Source of the DNA: Candidatus Methylomirabilis oxygeniifera
Lineage (GTDB): Bacteria > Methylomirabilota > Methylomirabilia > Methylomirabilales > Methylomirabilaceae
Assembly (NCBI GenBank): GCA_000091165.1
Contig: FP565575.1
Location: 360,001 to 392,000, forward strand
Reading direction: 5' to 3'
Length of the DNA stretch: 32,000 bases
The translations under genes were made by a program, and so were the position numbers. The number at the start of each line of letters is the position of its first letter. Positions within the stretch are counted from its first letter, which is position 1. This document shows, piece after piece, positions 17,665-26,879 of the stretch. Under the pieces are notes generated by a model. That model did no database searches and was not told the DNA's origin. It saw nothing but the letters and a program-made list of their open reading frames with translations.

Positions 17665-20310
17665 ATGGCCAAACAACGTCAGGGAGCACAAGCGAGCGTA
17701 GGTGCACCCAGGCGTCAACGAACTGCGCATTTCCAATTCCTGCCACGCAGAGATGTGCTTCTCATTGCAGACGCAGGCCCGATGGAAATTCCGGCCGGCC
17801 AAGTTTCTTCCAACCAGGTTGGCCGGAAAGCTCTGGGACTGAGTGTGCTGCCAATTGAATGGACGCCGCCATTCTTCGTAGTTTCGGCCCAATGCTTCAA
17901 CCGGCAGATTCCTCTTGATACAGTGAACGATTGGATCTGGGTTTCTCACGCTCGGCTCGCGTTCATGCTCAGCGCACCTCTCATGATTCGTTCGAGTGGA
18001 ACCACTGAAACAATGCGCGATCGAGGCAGTCTTATCTCCGAATTATGCACATCAAGAGACGTTGCGGCATTAGTTGGGCAGTTGCGAGCGAAGACCCCGG
18101 ATTCATCTCGCGCGCAAGTGCACTGGATTGTTCAGCAGTATGTAAAGCCGCAACGAAAAGGTCACCTATCAAACGAGAGGCACGTCAGTAGGGAGCCGCG
18201 CGACTGGGCTATAGAGTTTGAGCCAACAGACGATTGTCAAGGACATGCTGTTTCCATCGGAATCCGAACGTGGCGAGAGGGGCTGGAGCCTTCGTTGGAT
18301 TTGAGCTGCGCCTCTGAGACCGAGATTACCCTTCGGCTCAGAGAAGTCGCGAAGTGGGCACTCCAGTTTTCGTCGCGGATCCACTTCGAGTGGGTTTGGG
18401 ATGGAAAAAGACTGTGGATTGTCCAAGCCGATGCTGCCGAGCTGGCCCTCGGGATAGACCCAACTGCTGTATTGCCTGCCAAAATCCAAATGGCCCAGAT
18501 TGGGCGGCTGCAAGTGTTTCGTCTTGCGAGTGCCAATGACTACAAGCGTTACGGCAAGCTTCGTAACGGAGCTCTCTACAAGAAATTCGGGTATGGCATG
18601 CCTCCGTTCTTTCTTGCCGATGATCGTTCCGCGATTACCGATCTCCTCTCCGGCAAAATCTCTCCAGAGATAGAGCAGGACCTCAAAGAGCTAACAAAGC
18701 GCCCACTAATAATCCGTACCGATGGCGCGAATATCCCGCAAGAAAAACGCGAGATGTTGCCTCGCAGTGATCCGCTTGCAACATTTGACGAAGCCAAGCA
18801 GTGGGTCTTAAATGACTTTAAAATCGAGATTAACAAACTTGAATTGGTGGACCACGGCCTGTGCCTGGTTGCCCATCATTTCATTCCATCAGTGGCCTCA
18901 GCATGGGCGCGGGCCGAGCCGGGGAAACAAATTGTCCGAATCGAGTCGCTCTGGGGAATCCCCGAAGGGCTGTATTGGTATTCTCACGATACTGTTGAAG
19001 TGGACACGCTGGCGGTGAAGCTCAAGCGTTTGAGAACCTTCACCGGATGTTCTTTTGAAGTGTCAGAGCGCTTACGTTACAAAGGGGCGTTTGTTGCTGC
19101 TGACGAAAAGGGCAAATGGGCACCAGCCTCAGTTCGGCCTCCACACGACTGGCGCCTTAGTATCAAGAAGCAAGAATGGCTGTTTGAAATCGCACATACT
19201 ACCAGGCGCATCGCCGAGGCTGAGAAAGATCCTGTGGCCGTGATGTGGTTCGTGGACAACCACCCTGAGGCCACTCGGCATAGAGTGCTGCCGTGGTATC
19301 ACTGCAAGTCAAAACTGATCGGTATTCCCAGAGCCGCACCTCGTCGAAAGATCACCACCGCGAAGGATTTCTACGTCAAGAACGAAGCCGATTGGCACAG
19401 GTTGCAACAGGAGCTACATTCGGGCGCGCGAATTGAGCGGGTCGTAGTGGAACCAGCCGACGCTGCGCTCATTCGAAATCCGACCTTTGCCAGGGAACTC
19501 GCCCAACTTGCCGCAACGCGCAAGTTCGTCATCGTGTTGTCCGGTGGAATACTCTCGCACGCATATTACATGCTCACCAAGAGTGGTGCCCAGGTCGAGT
19601 GCATCGACTTGTTCGGAGTCGATGAGGATCGTGCCGACTACAACAAGATTGTCCGAGACAAGATTCCAGAAATCATAGCGAAGCGCGGGGAGCGAGCCAA
19701 AATCATTCACCTGCGGGGCGACGCGCTGGTTACGGCGTTAAGGCAGAAGTTAGTAGAGGAAGCATTCGAGGCCGTAGACGCTAGGTCAGGAGACGACTTA
19801 GTCGGAGAGCTTGCCGATGTGAGCGAGGTCATTGATGCCTTGTGCCGTGCCCTGAAAGTTTCCGACCCTCATTTGAAAGCGGTCCAACTGGAGAAGCGCC
19901 AAAAGAGAGGAGGATTCGAAAAAGGGATCATGTTAGAGAGAACGACGACGCCCCACTCAATACAGCAATCTGTTTCGGATCTTCCAGAAGACAGGTTGCA
20001 ATTTGCGTTGGAGACGATTCCACCCCAGGTAATCGAGCATCCGGCTGACATTCCCACGGTGCCATTGTACAGGCGTCCAGATCTGCGTCAAGTTGAACAG
20101 CAAATAGAGAAGTTATTCGCTTTCGCGACTGAAATTAATAAACTTGGAAACCTGCTGAAGGCGACTCTTGATTTCACTCTACCGATCAGTCCGGGAATTG
20201 AACGAGAGTTCACTCTAACAGTCGAATTGCGGCGATCAGGCAGCGCGCTACGGGGAAACATTCGAGTACGCTGTATACCATCCCAGCTCCACATCGATTT
20301 TCCTGATTGA
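17665..20310 (+). CDS. PEP-synthase/dikinase-like phosphotransferase fused to a MazG-like nucleotide pyrophosphohydrolase (881 aa)
   Basis: ATP-grasp-like pieces (LMIRSSGTTETMRD, HWIVQQYV, FEWVWDGKRLWIVQADA; second set LIIRTDGAN, VRIESLWGIPEGLYWY), PEP-utiliser-like VIVLSGGILSHAYYMLTKSGA, then YNKIVRDKIPEIIAKRG ... KLVEEAFEAVDARSGDDLVGELADVSEVIDAL. Confidence 0.8.
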   Translation: MAKQRQGAQASVGAPRRQRTAHFQFLPRRDVLLIADAGPMEIPAGQVSSNQVGRKALGLSVLPIEWTPPFFVVSAQCFNRQIPLDTVNDWIWVSHARLAFMLSAPLMIRSSGTTETMRDRGSLISELCTSRDVAALVGQLRAKTPDSSRAQVHWIVQQYVKPQRKGHLSNERHVSREPRDWAIEFEPTDDCQGHAVSIGIRTWREGLEPSLDLSCASETEITLRLREVAKWALQFSSRIHFEWVWDGKRLWIVQADAAELALGIDPTAVLPAKIQMAQIGRLQVFRLASANDYKRYGKLRNGALYKKFGYGMPPFFLADDRSAITDLLSGKISPEIEQDLKELTKRPLIIRTDGANIPQEKREMLPRSDPLATFDEAKQWVLNDFKIEINKLELVDHGLCLVAHHFIPSVASAWARAEPGKQIVRIESLWGIPEGLYWYSHDTVEVDTLAVKLKRLRTFTGCSFEVSERLRYKGAFVAADEKGKWAPASVRPPHDWRLSIKKQEWLFEIAHTTRRIAEAEKDPVAVMWFVDNHPEATRHRVLPWYHCKSKLIGIPRAAPRRKITTAKDFYVKNEADWHRLQQELHSGARIERVVVEPADAALIRNPTFARELAQLAATRKFVIVLSGGILSHAYYMLTKSGAQVECIDLFGVDEDRADYNKIVRDKIPEIIAKRGERAKIIHLRGDALVTALRQKLVEEAFEAVDARSGDDLVGELADVSEVIDALCRALKVSDPHLKAVQLEKRQKRGGFEKGIMLERTTTPHSIQQSVSDLPEDRLQFALETIPPQVIEHPADIPTVPLYRRPDLRQVEQQIEKLFAFATEINKLGNLLKATLDFTLPISPGIEREFTLTVELRRSGSALRGNIRVRCIPSQLHIDFPD

Positions 20311-20329
20311 TCAGGTTGAATCACCCGCT

Positions 20330-20506
20330 ATGCCTTCAAACTTCGTGGCCCATGCGGAACTCCAGAGTAAAACCGAGCAGTTCTGCTGCGAGGTACTTGC
20401 ATGGCGGAAGCCGCTCTATACATTGGCCGACAACGCGAACGGCCACCTGTTCAGGATGGGCGCTCAACCGTTACGCCCAGACGATGTGTCTCTGTTGCTC
20501 AGATAA
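20330..20506 (+). CDS. Possible small protein, 58 aa, just downstream of the operon
   Basis: MPSNFVAHAELQSKTEQFCCEVLAWRKPLYTLADNANGHLFRMGAQPLRPDDVSLLLR*; 19 nt after the previous stop; below the ORF-track length cutoff; could also be a remnant. Confidence 0.3.
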   Translation: MPSNFVAHAELQSKTEQFCCEVLAWRKPLYTLADNANGHLFRMGAQPLRPDDVSLLLR

Positions 20507-20579
20507 AATGCACGGGAGTCACCCCTTGGGAGCTTAGGGCGAGGCAGCCGGATGGTATTTGTGATAAGGTACATGCTAT

Positions 20580-21104
20580 ATGGATATCCTGTCACACGGG
20601 CTGTGGGGTGGGATTGCGTTCGGACGGACGAACCGGCGGAGTTTCGGTTTAGCGTTTTCGTTCGGTGTTCTCCCGGATCTTGTGCCGTTCGGCCCCTTTC
20701 ATCTCAGCGTTCTGCTCGGGCTTGCTCAGCGTCCGCATTTTGGTCCCGAACCCCCTGATCCGTCCCTCTTCCCGGATTACGTCCATCGCGCGTACAGTGT
20801 CACGCATAGCCTGGTCGTCTTCCTCTTAGCATTCGCGCTCCTGTGGATGGTATTCCGAAAGCCGATCTGGGAGTCCACCGCCTGGGGGCTCCATATCCTC
20901 TTTGACATCTTCACGCATTCTTTCCGATTTTTTCCAACCCCGTTTCTCTGGCCGATTTCGGATTCTAAGGTCAACGGCCTGCACTGGGGAACACCGGAGA
21001 TCTTCTTCTCGAACGTTGCGTGTCTTGTACTGGTCTATACATGGTTCCTGTATCGCCGGTGGAGAACGCGGAAGGATCCAATACGGGCGTTTCTTCGAAA
21101 ATAG
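20580..21104 (+). CDS. Integral membrane protein, DUF457/YdjM-like putative metal-dependent hydrolase
   Basis: MDILSHGLWGGIAFGR start, HRAYSVTHSLVVFLLAFALLW, LHILFDIFTHS. Confidence 0.7.
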   Translation: MDILSHGLWGGIAFGRTNRRSFGLAFSFGVLPDLVPFGPFHLSVLLGLAQRPHFGPEPPDPSLFPDYVHRAYSVTHSLVVFLLAFALLWMVFRKPIWESTAWGLHILFDIFTHSFRFFPTPFLWPISDSKVNGLHWGTPEIFFSNVACLVLVYTWFLYRRWRTRKDPIRAFLRK

Positions 21105-21140
21105 TATTCAGCAATCAGCGCTTAGCCGTCTGCTTCAGAC

Positions 21141-21229
21141 AAACCCCCCGGACCCCCCTTTCATAAAGGGGGGGATACTCATACGTTCCCTTACTTCCCC
21201 ATTTTGTAAAGGGGGATTGACGGGGTTGT
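21141..21229. repeat. Imperfect-palindrome repeat element (REP/MITE-like)
   Basis: CAAACCCCCCGGACCCCCCTTT-CAT-AAAGGGGGGG, then CCCCATTTTGTAAAGGGGGATTGACGGGGTTG; 9-bp perfect stem at 21153-21173 and opposite-sense ends. Confidence 0.6.
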
Positions 21230-21305
21230 ATGCGTCGTGGTGCGGCTGTGACCGCATGGAAGGTTGCTTTGGAGGTAGGCTGGAATCTTGGTTGATGGCG
21301 GGTTA

Positions 21306-21614
21306 TCAGAGATCTTCTGGACGAATCGGTGATGCCGCATCCGCGCCGACCACCGTCGTCCACTCTCGAACATGCCATTTCGTCACGACCCCGTGTGCGA
21401 CGTACGGGTCGGCGGCGGCAAATGCCTCGGCCACCGCAGGTGAAGAACCACGGAAGAGCAGCACGACGCCATCCGAGGGATTGGCGAGCGCACCGCCGAG
21501 GATCAGTTCTCCACGCGCAACAGCTCGGTGCGCAAGCTCCAGATGCGCCTTACGAAAGGGCTGTCGCCGCTCAAGGTAATCGGGGGCGACGTCGTAGAAC
21601 AGTAGATAATGCAT
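21306..21614 (-). CDS. YciI-family protein
   Basis: MHYLLFYDVAPDYLERRQPFRKAHLELAHRAVARGELILGGALANPSDGVVLLF...; GGAAGG RBS before the ATG at 21614. Confidence 0.85.
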   Translation of the reverse strand: MHYLLFYDVAPDYLERRQPFRKAHLELAHRAVARGELILGGALANPSDGVVLLFRGSSPAVAEAFAAADPYVAHGVVTKWHVREWTTVVGADAASPIRPEDL

Positions 21615-21723
21615 GAGGCATCCTTCCTGTGATGTACCCCTATGAAGATGCACAACCCGCCTCATCCGGGTGGGGTGCTCCGCAAGCTCCGCCTTTTTGA
21701 CTGCGGAAGGTCACATCGAGCTG

Positions 21724-22056
21724 CTATAGAAATTCGATCTGACCATACATTTCCTCCGCATCCAATACCTGATGGATCAACATCAACCCACGAATGATGT
21801 CTGAGACTGGCGTTTGCTGCGGCGCGTACACGATCCCCCTGTGATCCACGCCCGCAGCATGTAAACGCAGGAAGTCGTCGTCCTGTGTGAAGATCACCCG
21901 ACCTTCGTTCCGGGCTCGTCGTACATGCTCCTCATCAGGAGCGCCAAGCATTCCCGCTTCCAGCACCGTGAGTACGTCCACTCCACGTTGGCGCAGCCCC
22001 CGCACCACAGCCTTTGCAACATGCTCATCGGCGCAGAACCTAATCTTCTGCCTCAT
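21724..22056 (-). CDS. DUF5615 PIN-like putative toxin
   Basis: IRFCADEHVAKAVVRGLRQRGVDVLTVLEAGMLGAPDEEHVRRARNEGRVIFTQDDDFLRL; overlaps the upstream DUF433 gene. Confidence 0.85.
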   Translation of the reverse strand: MRQKIRFCADEHVAKAVVRGLRQRGVDVLTVLEAGMLGAPDEEHVRRARNEGRVIFTQDDDFLRLHAAGVDHRGIVYAPQQTPVSDIIRGLMLIHQVLDAEEMYGQIEFL

Positions 22057-22351
22057 GCAGCTTCTGCTTCAGCTTCGAGGGGGCGCTCTCCCTCAGAGCC
22101 TCAATGAATGCCTTGCTCTCTTCAATGTCGTGGTCGATCTCTGATCGATGGTCGTAGTAGTAGGCCAGTGCCGCATAGACATCGGCAAGGGTCAAGTCGT
22201 ACTCAGAAACAATCTCATCAACGCTCTTGCCGATCCGCTCATGCCAAATCACAATGTTTTGTACCGTAATGCGATGCCCTGCAATACGAGGCTTCCCGCC
22301 CGCTATTCCAGGGGTCACCTCGATATGTTGGTCTAGCGTTTTCGTAGCCAT
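22040..22351 (-). CDS. DUF433-family putative antitoxin
   Basis: IEVTPGIAGGKPRIAGHRITVQNIVIWHERIGKSVDEIVSEYDLTLADVYAALAYYYDH. Confidence 0.88.
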   Translation of the reverse strand: MATKTLDQHIEVTPGIAGGKPRIAGHRITVQNIVIWHERIGKSVDEIVSEYDLTLADVYAALAYYYDHRSEIDHDIEESKAFIEALRESAPSKLKQKLHEAED

Positions 22352-22548
22352 ACTATTTCTCCCTTACTCATTTTTATGTGTCGCCTAACATGAACTTTTG
22401 CGGATTTCTTCTACCAATGTAAGCAGTCTATTTGATACAAGCGGAGTGTCAAGGTATTTTTGGATGGAAACGCGGCGGCCAGGAAAAGGCTTTCCAGAGC
22501 GACGGCGCAAACTAAGAGAGACCAGCAAGTACCATGACCAATGGAAGT

Positions 22549-22624
22549 TGGTGGAGGGTAGGGGATTCGAACCCCTGGCCTCGGCGTTGCGAACGCCGCG
22601 CTCTCCCAACTGAGCTAACCCCCC
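22549..22624 (-). tRNA. tRNA-Ala (anticodon CGC)
   Basis: Reverse strand GGGGGGTTAGCTCAGTTGGGAGAGCGCGGCGTTCGCAACGCCGAGGCCAGGGGTTCGAATCCCCTACCCTCCACCA folds as a 76-nt cloverleaf with encoded CCA; anticodon loop TTCGCAA. Confidence 0.96.
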
Positions 22625-22722
22625 ATGAAGAGCAGCGTTCAGCGCTCAGCTTTCAGCGTGTGCGGAGTCGGCGGCTGAGCGCGTAGCTTACAGTAGCGGA
22701 AAGCTGTGCGATTGTCCAGCGA

Positions 22723-23463
22723 TTAGAAGATCCCAGCGATCGATTTTGCCAGACCTTCCGTCAAGGAGGGCAACGCCTCTTCCAGCTTCAAATTCACCTG
22801 ATTAGCCGTCGAAGCGATGCGGGTCTGATAGCGCTTCCTTTCCGTCGTGGTTCGGCTGGTCTGTCTGATGGCGGAGCCGCTCCCCTGCTGAAGATGGGAC
22901 TGTACGGTCTGCTCGACCGCCTCTTTGGATTTTTCTGAGATCATCAGGTCGGTGACGATGGTATAGGTGACGTCTTTCACTAAGGAGCCAGCGATCATCT
23001 CCGCCCCGACGCCCACCAAGCCGCCGATGCCCGCGCCATACAGCGCGCCCGAGCCGCCACCTGCGGCGCCTCCGATCAGTGCCCCGCCCAGGGCGCCCGC
23101 GAATGTGCCGCCGTATCCTGCAGCAACGGCTGATCGTAATGCCGACGGATCGGCCTGTCCCACATAGAGGATGTTACCCTGCAAAATATAGAACGCCTCT
23201 TTTGGGTTCGTAGTGACCTTGTAGCCGTTTGTCTGCAGCCTGCTGATGATAAGAGGCCTGATATCAAGCTCTTTATCTGAGGTGTTCTTGATATCGACAA
23301 AGATCGTCCGCTCCGCCTGATTCTCGATATCCAGGAAGATGGTGTCGGACATCTTATTTTCGACCTTGAGGTCTTTCTTTTCCAGGGACACCTGCATCGC
23401 CGCGCAACTGGCCAAGAGGACGCCAATCAGCACCACGCCACTACACTTCAGTATCTTCATCAT
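22723..23463 (-). CDS. TraT-like lipoprotein (complement-resistance family)
   Basis: MMKILKCSGVVLIGVLLASCAAMQVSLEKKDLKVENKMSDTIFLDIENQAERTIFVDIKNTSDK...; lipobox LLASC; glycine-rich hydrophobic centre. Start moved to 23463. Confidence 0.85.
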   Translation of the reverse strand: MMKILKCSGVVLIGVLLASCAAMQVSLEKKDLKVENKMSDTIFLDIENQAERTIFVDIKNTSDKELDIRPLIISRLQTNGYKVTTNPKEAFYILQGNILYVGQADPSALRSAVAAGYGGTFAGALGGALIGGAAGGGSGALYGAGIGGLVGVGAEMIAGSLVKDVTYTIVTDLMISEKSKEAVEQTVQSHLQQGSGSAIRQTSRTTTERKRYQTRIASTANQVNLKLEEALPSLTEGLAKSIAGIF

Positions 23464-23536
23464 CGGGCCGTCACCTCCTGTAAAGAACCTATACGCATGG
23501 GAACGACGACGAACGCTCGCAATGACCCCGCGAAGC

Positions 23537-24220
23537 TTACCTGGACTGGTGAGCAACGCGCAAGAGATCCTCGGTGGTGTAGATCGACTCCAACTCATAC
23601 CCGTTTTTCAGCAGTTCTTCGCGGCCGCCCTCCTGCCGGTCCACAAGCGCCAGCGCCTTGACGATCTGGAAGCCGGCGTGCAGCGCGCCGTCGATCGCCT
23701 TGAGGGTAGAGGCCCCTGTCGTGACGACATCCTCAATAATCACAACTCTCGCGCCCGGCCGCTCGAATCCCTCCACCCATTTCTGGGTGCCATGTCCTTT
23801 CGGCTCCTTTCGGACGCTGAAGGCTTGGATCGGCGTTCCTTGAAGCGCGCTGTGATAGGCGACGGCGTAGGCGATCGGGTCCGCGCCGAGCGTGAGTCCT
23901 CCGACGGCGGTGATCCGTATGTCATCCTTTTGTTCAGTGGCCTTGATCCGCTCGAAGAAGAGCCGGCCGAGGAGCGGCATCGCCTCCGACATGAACGTTG
24001 TCTGCTTACAGTTGATGTAGTAACGGCTCTTTCGGCCGGAGGCCAGGGTAAAGACCGGCTCGGTGCTGTGCTGGAAGGAGTGCTGAACCAGCAGTCTCAG
24101 GAGCTTGTCCTCGCACGCCTTAAGCGGGGATTGGTCTCTTGGGGTATCCACGGGGGTGAGCATACACGAGGACAGGTGGGGTTGTCTAGATCGTACAGCG
24201 AGGCTGAGCCTGCTTTTCAA
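23537..24220 (-). CDS. pyrE: Orotate phosphoribosyltransferase
   Basis: [20 protein letters not shown] ... [20 protein letters not shown] (PRPP-binding motif). N-terminal start uncertain. Confidence 0.93.
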   Translation of the reverse strand: MKSRLSLAVRSRQPHLSSCMLTPVDTPRDQSPLKACEDKLLRLLVQHSFQHSTEPVFTLASGRKSRYYINCKQTTFMSEAMPLLGRLFFERIKATEQKDDIRITAVGGLTLGADPIAYAVAYHSALQGTPIQAFSVRKEPKGHGTQKWVEGFERPGARVVIIEDVVTTGASTLKAIDGALHAGFQIVKALALVDRQEGGREELLKNGYELESIYTTEDLLRVAHQSR

Positions 24221-24657
24221 AGGTATTGCTGGTGGTATTCCTCTGCCCGGTAAAAGGTCGAGGCCGCTGTGATCTCGGTCACGATCGGCTGCTGATGCTT
24301 TCCGCTGAGCTCCAGCTTTCGTTTAGACGCGACCGCGGCAGTCTGCTGCTCGGCATCGTGAAAGAAGATCGCCGAGCGGTACTGCGCGCCGCGGTCCGGT
24401 CCCTGACGATTCAGGGTAGTTGGGTCGTGAATCGACCAGAAAAGAGCGAGGAGATCGTCGTAGGTGACCTGCGAAGGGTCGTACTCTACCTCGACAACCT
24501 CCGCATGGCCGGTCGTGCCGGAGCACACGTCCCGGTACGTCGGGTTTTCGAAGGTGCCGCCCATGTATCCGACTGCCGTTGAGACGACACCAGGCACCCG
24601 GCGAAATTCGGCTTCGACACCCCAGAAGCAGCCCGCCCCAAACGTGGCCTTTTTCAT
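24217..24657 (-). CDS. msrA: Peptide-methionine (S)-S-oxide reductase
   Basis: [31 protein letters not shown] ... [16 protein letters not shown] ... YHQQYL. Confidence 0.97.
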   Translation of the reverse strand: MKKATFGAGCFWGVEAEFRRVPGVVSTAVGYMGGTFENPTYRDVCSGTTGHAEVVEVEYDPSQVTYDDLLALFWSIHDPTTLNRQGPDRGAQYRSAIFFHDAEQQTAAVASKRKLELSGKHQQPIVTEITAASTFYRAEEYHQQYL

Positions 24658-24670
24658 CGGTTCGCTCTGC

Positions 24671-25486
24671 TTATTGGGTACCCTTCATCCGGTCGGACAA
24701 GAAGATCTTCAAGATGTCGATCGGGAGCGGAAAAACGATGGTGGAGTTTTTCTCTGTGGCGATCTCGGTGAGCGTCTGTAAGTAGCGAAGCTGGATGGTG
24801 ACAGGCTCGGTCGCCATGATCCTGCCCGCCTGCGCCAGCTTTTCGGAGGCGATCAGCTCACCCTCGGCATGGATGATTTTGGCCCGCTTCTCCCGCTCGG
24901 CCTCAGCCTGCTTGGCCATGGCCCGCTGCATCTCGTGCGGGAGGTCCACGAGCTTGATCTCCACGACGGTGACCTTGATCCCCCACGGATCGGTGTGCTG
25001 GTCGATAATCTGTTGAAGCCGTTGGTTGAGCCGCTCTCTCTCGGCAAGCAGTTCGTCCAGCTCCGATTGCCCCAGGACGCTCCTGAGGGTCGTCTGCGCG
25101 ATCTGCGAGGTGGCGAAAAGAAAATTTTCGACCTGGACGATGGCGCGCTGCGGGTCGATCACGCGGAAGTAGATTACGGCGTTCACTTTGACCGACACGT
25201 TGTCCTTGGTAATGACGTCCTGGGAGGGAACGTCCATGGCCACCGTCCGCAGGCTGACCTTCGTCATCCGATCGATCATGGGGATCAGGAGAATCAGTCC
25301 CGGGCCGTTGCCGGTACCGCCCACATTCACGATCGCCTTTGCGAGGCGGCCCAGACGGAAGATCACGGCCCGTTCGTATTCAGGGAGTATGCGGACCGAG
25401 CTGGCAAGGACAAAAAGCGCCAGGATGAGGAGAAAGAGTATCGGGACCAAGCCGAACACAGTTGAGAGAATCTCCAAGGGATTCAT
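24671..25486 (-). CDS. Slipin/SPFH (band 7) family protein
   Basis: [20 protein letters not shown] ... [32 protein letters not shown] ... [14 protein letters not shown]. Confidence 0.93.
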   Translation of the reverse strand: MNPLEILSTVFGLVPILFLLILALFVLASSVRILPEYERAVIFRLGRLAKAIVNVGGTGNGPGLILLIPMIDRMTKVSLRTVAMDVPSQDVITKDNVSVKVNAVIYFRVIDPQRAIVQVENFLFATSQIAQTTLRSVLGQSELDELLAERERLNQRLQQIIDQHTDPWGIKVTVVEIKLVDLPHEMQRAMAKQAEAEREKRAKIIHAEGELIASEKLAQAGRIMATEPVTIQLRYLQTLTEIATEKNSTIVFPLPIDILKIFLSDRMKGTQ

Positions 25487-26157
25487 GTACGCCCTCCCTG
25501 TCGCTGTTGCGTTGATAGTGCATCGGCTTCAACGGCCACCGCCTCGTGATCTTTGCAGACGAATAACATGAGCCCCTTCACCGCGAGGACCCTGACCTGA
25601 TCGCCGAGCTCAGCCCCCTCCTCGCAGTGAGCCGACCAGAGCTCGCCCCCGACCAGGACGCTTCCCTCCGGTGTGAGCGGCGTCCTGACTGTGCCGATCT
25701 GCCCGATGAGGCCCTCTGCGCCGGTGGTGGTCTTTTGGTGCTGAGCTCTGAGAGCCATGGTGACAATGAAACCGAAGAATACCGCCGTTGCCGCGGTGGT
25801 GAACAGGATGGCGCTGAGCGAGATCCGCATGAACGGCTCTGGACTCCTGATCAACATGAAGGAACCGAGGATCATGGCGATAATGCCGCCCACAGTCAGC
25901 ATTCCGTACGAGGTCACTTTCACTTCGGCGATGAAGAGAATAATCGCCAGCAGGATGAGGAGCAGTCCCGCGTAGTTGATAGGCAGAGTCTGGAAGGCGT
26001 AAAAGGCCAGAATCAGGCAGATCCCCCCGAGGACACCGGGTAGGATGGCGCCGGGGGTGGAGAGCTCGAAGTAGAGCCCGGCCAGACCCAGCATGAGCAG
26101 CATGTACGCAATGTTCGGATCAGAGATCACCTTCAGAACCTTATCCCGGAGACTCAT
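25483..26157 (-). CDS. NfeD, C-terminal half (membrane plus OB-fold)
   Basis: [71 protein letters not shown]...; start overlaps the upstream stop as ATGA. Confidence 0.85.
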   Translation of the reverse strand: MSLRDKVLKVISDPNIAYMLLMLGLAGLYFELSTPGAILPGVLGGICLILAFYAFQTLPINYAGLLLILLAIILFIAEVKVTSYGMLTVGGIIAMILGSFMLIRSPEPFMRISLSAILFTTAATAVFFGFIVTMALRAQHQKTTTGAEGLIGQIGTVRTPLTPEGSVLVGGELWSAHCEEGAELGDQVRVLAVKGLMLFVCKDHEAVAVEADALSTQQRQGGRT

Positions 26158-26879
26158 CTCGATCCGTGTGACCTGACCCCCTTGGTGTGGAGCGTGACCT
26201 TGCCGTGGGCCGTCGTGACCTCCCGGCCATCTACGGCCACAAGCAGGTCATCCAGCTTATCCGCTACGAGGTCGATGATCTTGAGGTTGAGTGCCTCCTT
26301 CTCGGTTGCCGAGACGCTCTTGCGCACGGCATCCTCGGCCCACTGGACGTTCCGGCCGCGCTGCTCGGCGATCGTCCGGATATAGGCGGCCGCGTCGTTG
26401 GTGACCTTTTTGCTCATCTCTTTGTCCATCTGACCACCCATATTGACCGGGTGGGCGGCGCCGATATTGGTGCCGGGCGCCATGGCAGCGACGTGAGCGG
26501 CCAGAGTGATGAAGGCGCCGGCGGATGCGGCGCGGGCGCCGCTGGGCGAAACATAGACGATGATCGGGCGCTCGGCGGCCAGCATCTCCTTGATAATCGA
26601 GCGCATCGAGAGATCAAGGCCGCCCGGCGTATCCAGCTCAATGACCAGCGCCTGGGCTGCCTCGCGGTCGGCCTGCTTGATGGCGCGGATGATATAGTCG
26701 GCCGTACTGGGTGCGATGACTCCTTCCAGTTTGATCGCCAGCACGGGCCGGACAGCGGGCTCCGAGCGGGAGTAGGTGATGGCAGGCCATGCCAGCGCGA
26801 TGCCTATCAGCGTACACCAGACGACGAGCCGTTTCATCATTCGCATCAGGAGCGACCATGGCTCTTGGCTTGCTGCCAA
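26154..26879 (-). CDS. NfeD, N-terminal half (ClpP-like serine protease)
   Basis: LAIKLEGVIAPSTADYIIRAIKQADREAAQALVIELDTPGGLDLSMRSIIKEMLAAERPIIVYVSPSGARAASAGAFITLAAHVAAMAPGTNIGAAHPV. Confidence 0.88.
   Translation of the reverse strand: MAASQEPWSLLMRMMKRLVVWCTLIGIALAWPAITYSRSEPAVRPVLAIKLEGVIAPSTADYIIRAIKQADREAAQALVIELDTPGGLDLSMRSIIKEMLAAERPIIVYVSPSGARAASAGAFITLAAHVAAMAPGTNIGAAHPVNMGGQMDKEMSKKVTNDAAAYIRTIAEQRGRNVQWAEDAVRKSVSATEKEALNLKIIDLVADKLDDLLVAVDGREVTTAHGKVTLHTKGVRSHGSR

Noticed and set aside
22385-22613. Short ORFs across 22385-22613
   Set aside because: They run through the tRNA-Ala gene; the VEGRGFEPLA... string is a typical artefact of translating a tRNA.
23339-24253. 304-aa plus-strand ORF
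   Set aside because: Antisense to pyrE and the TraT-like gene; no domain signal.
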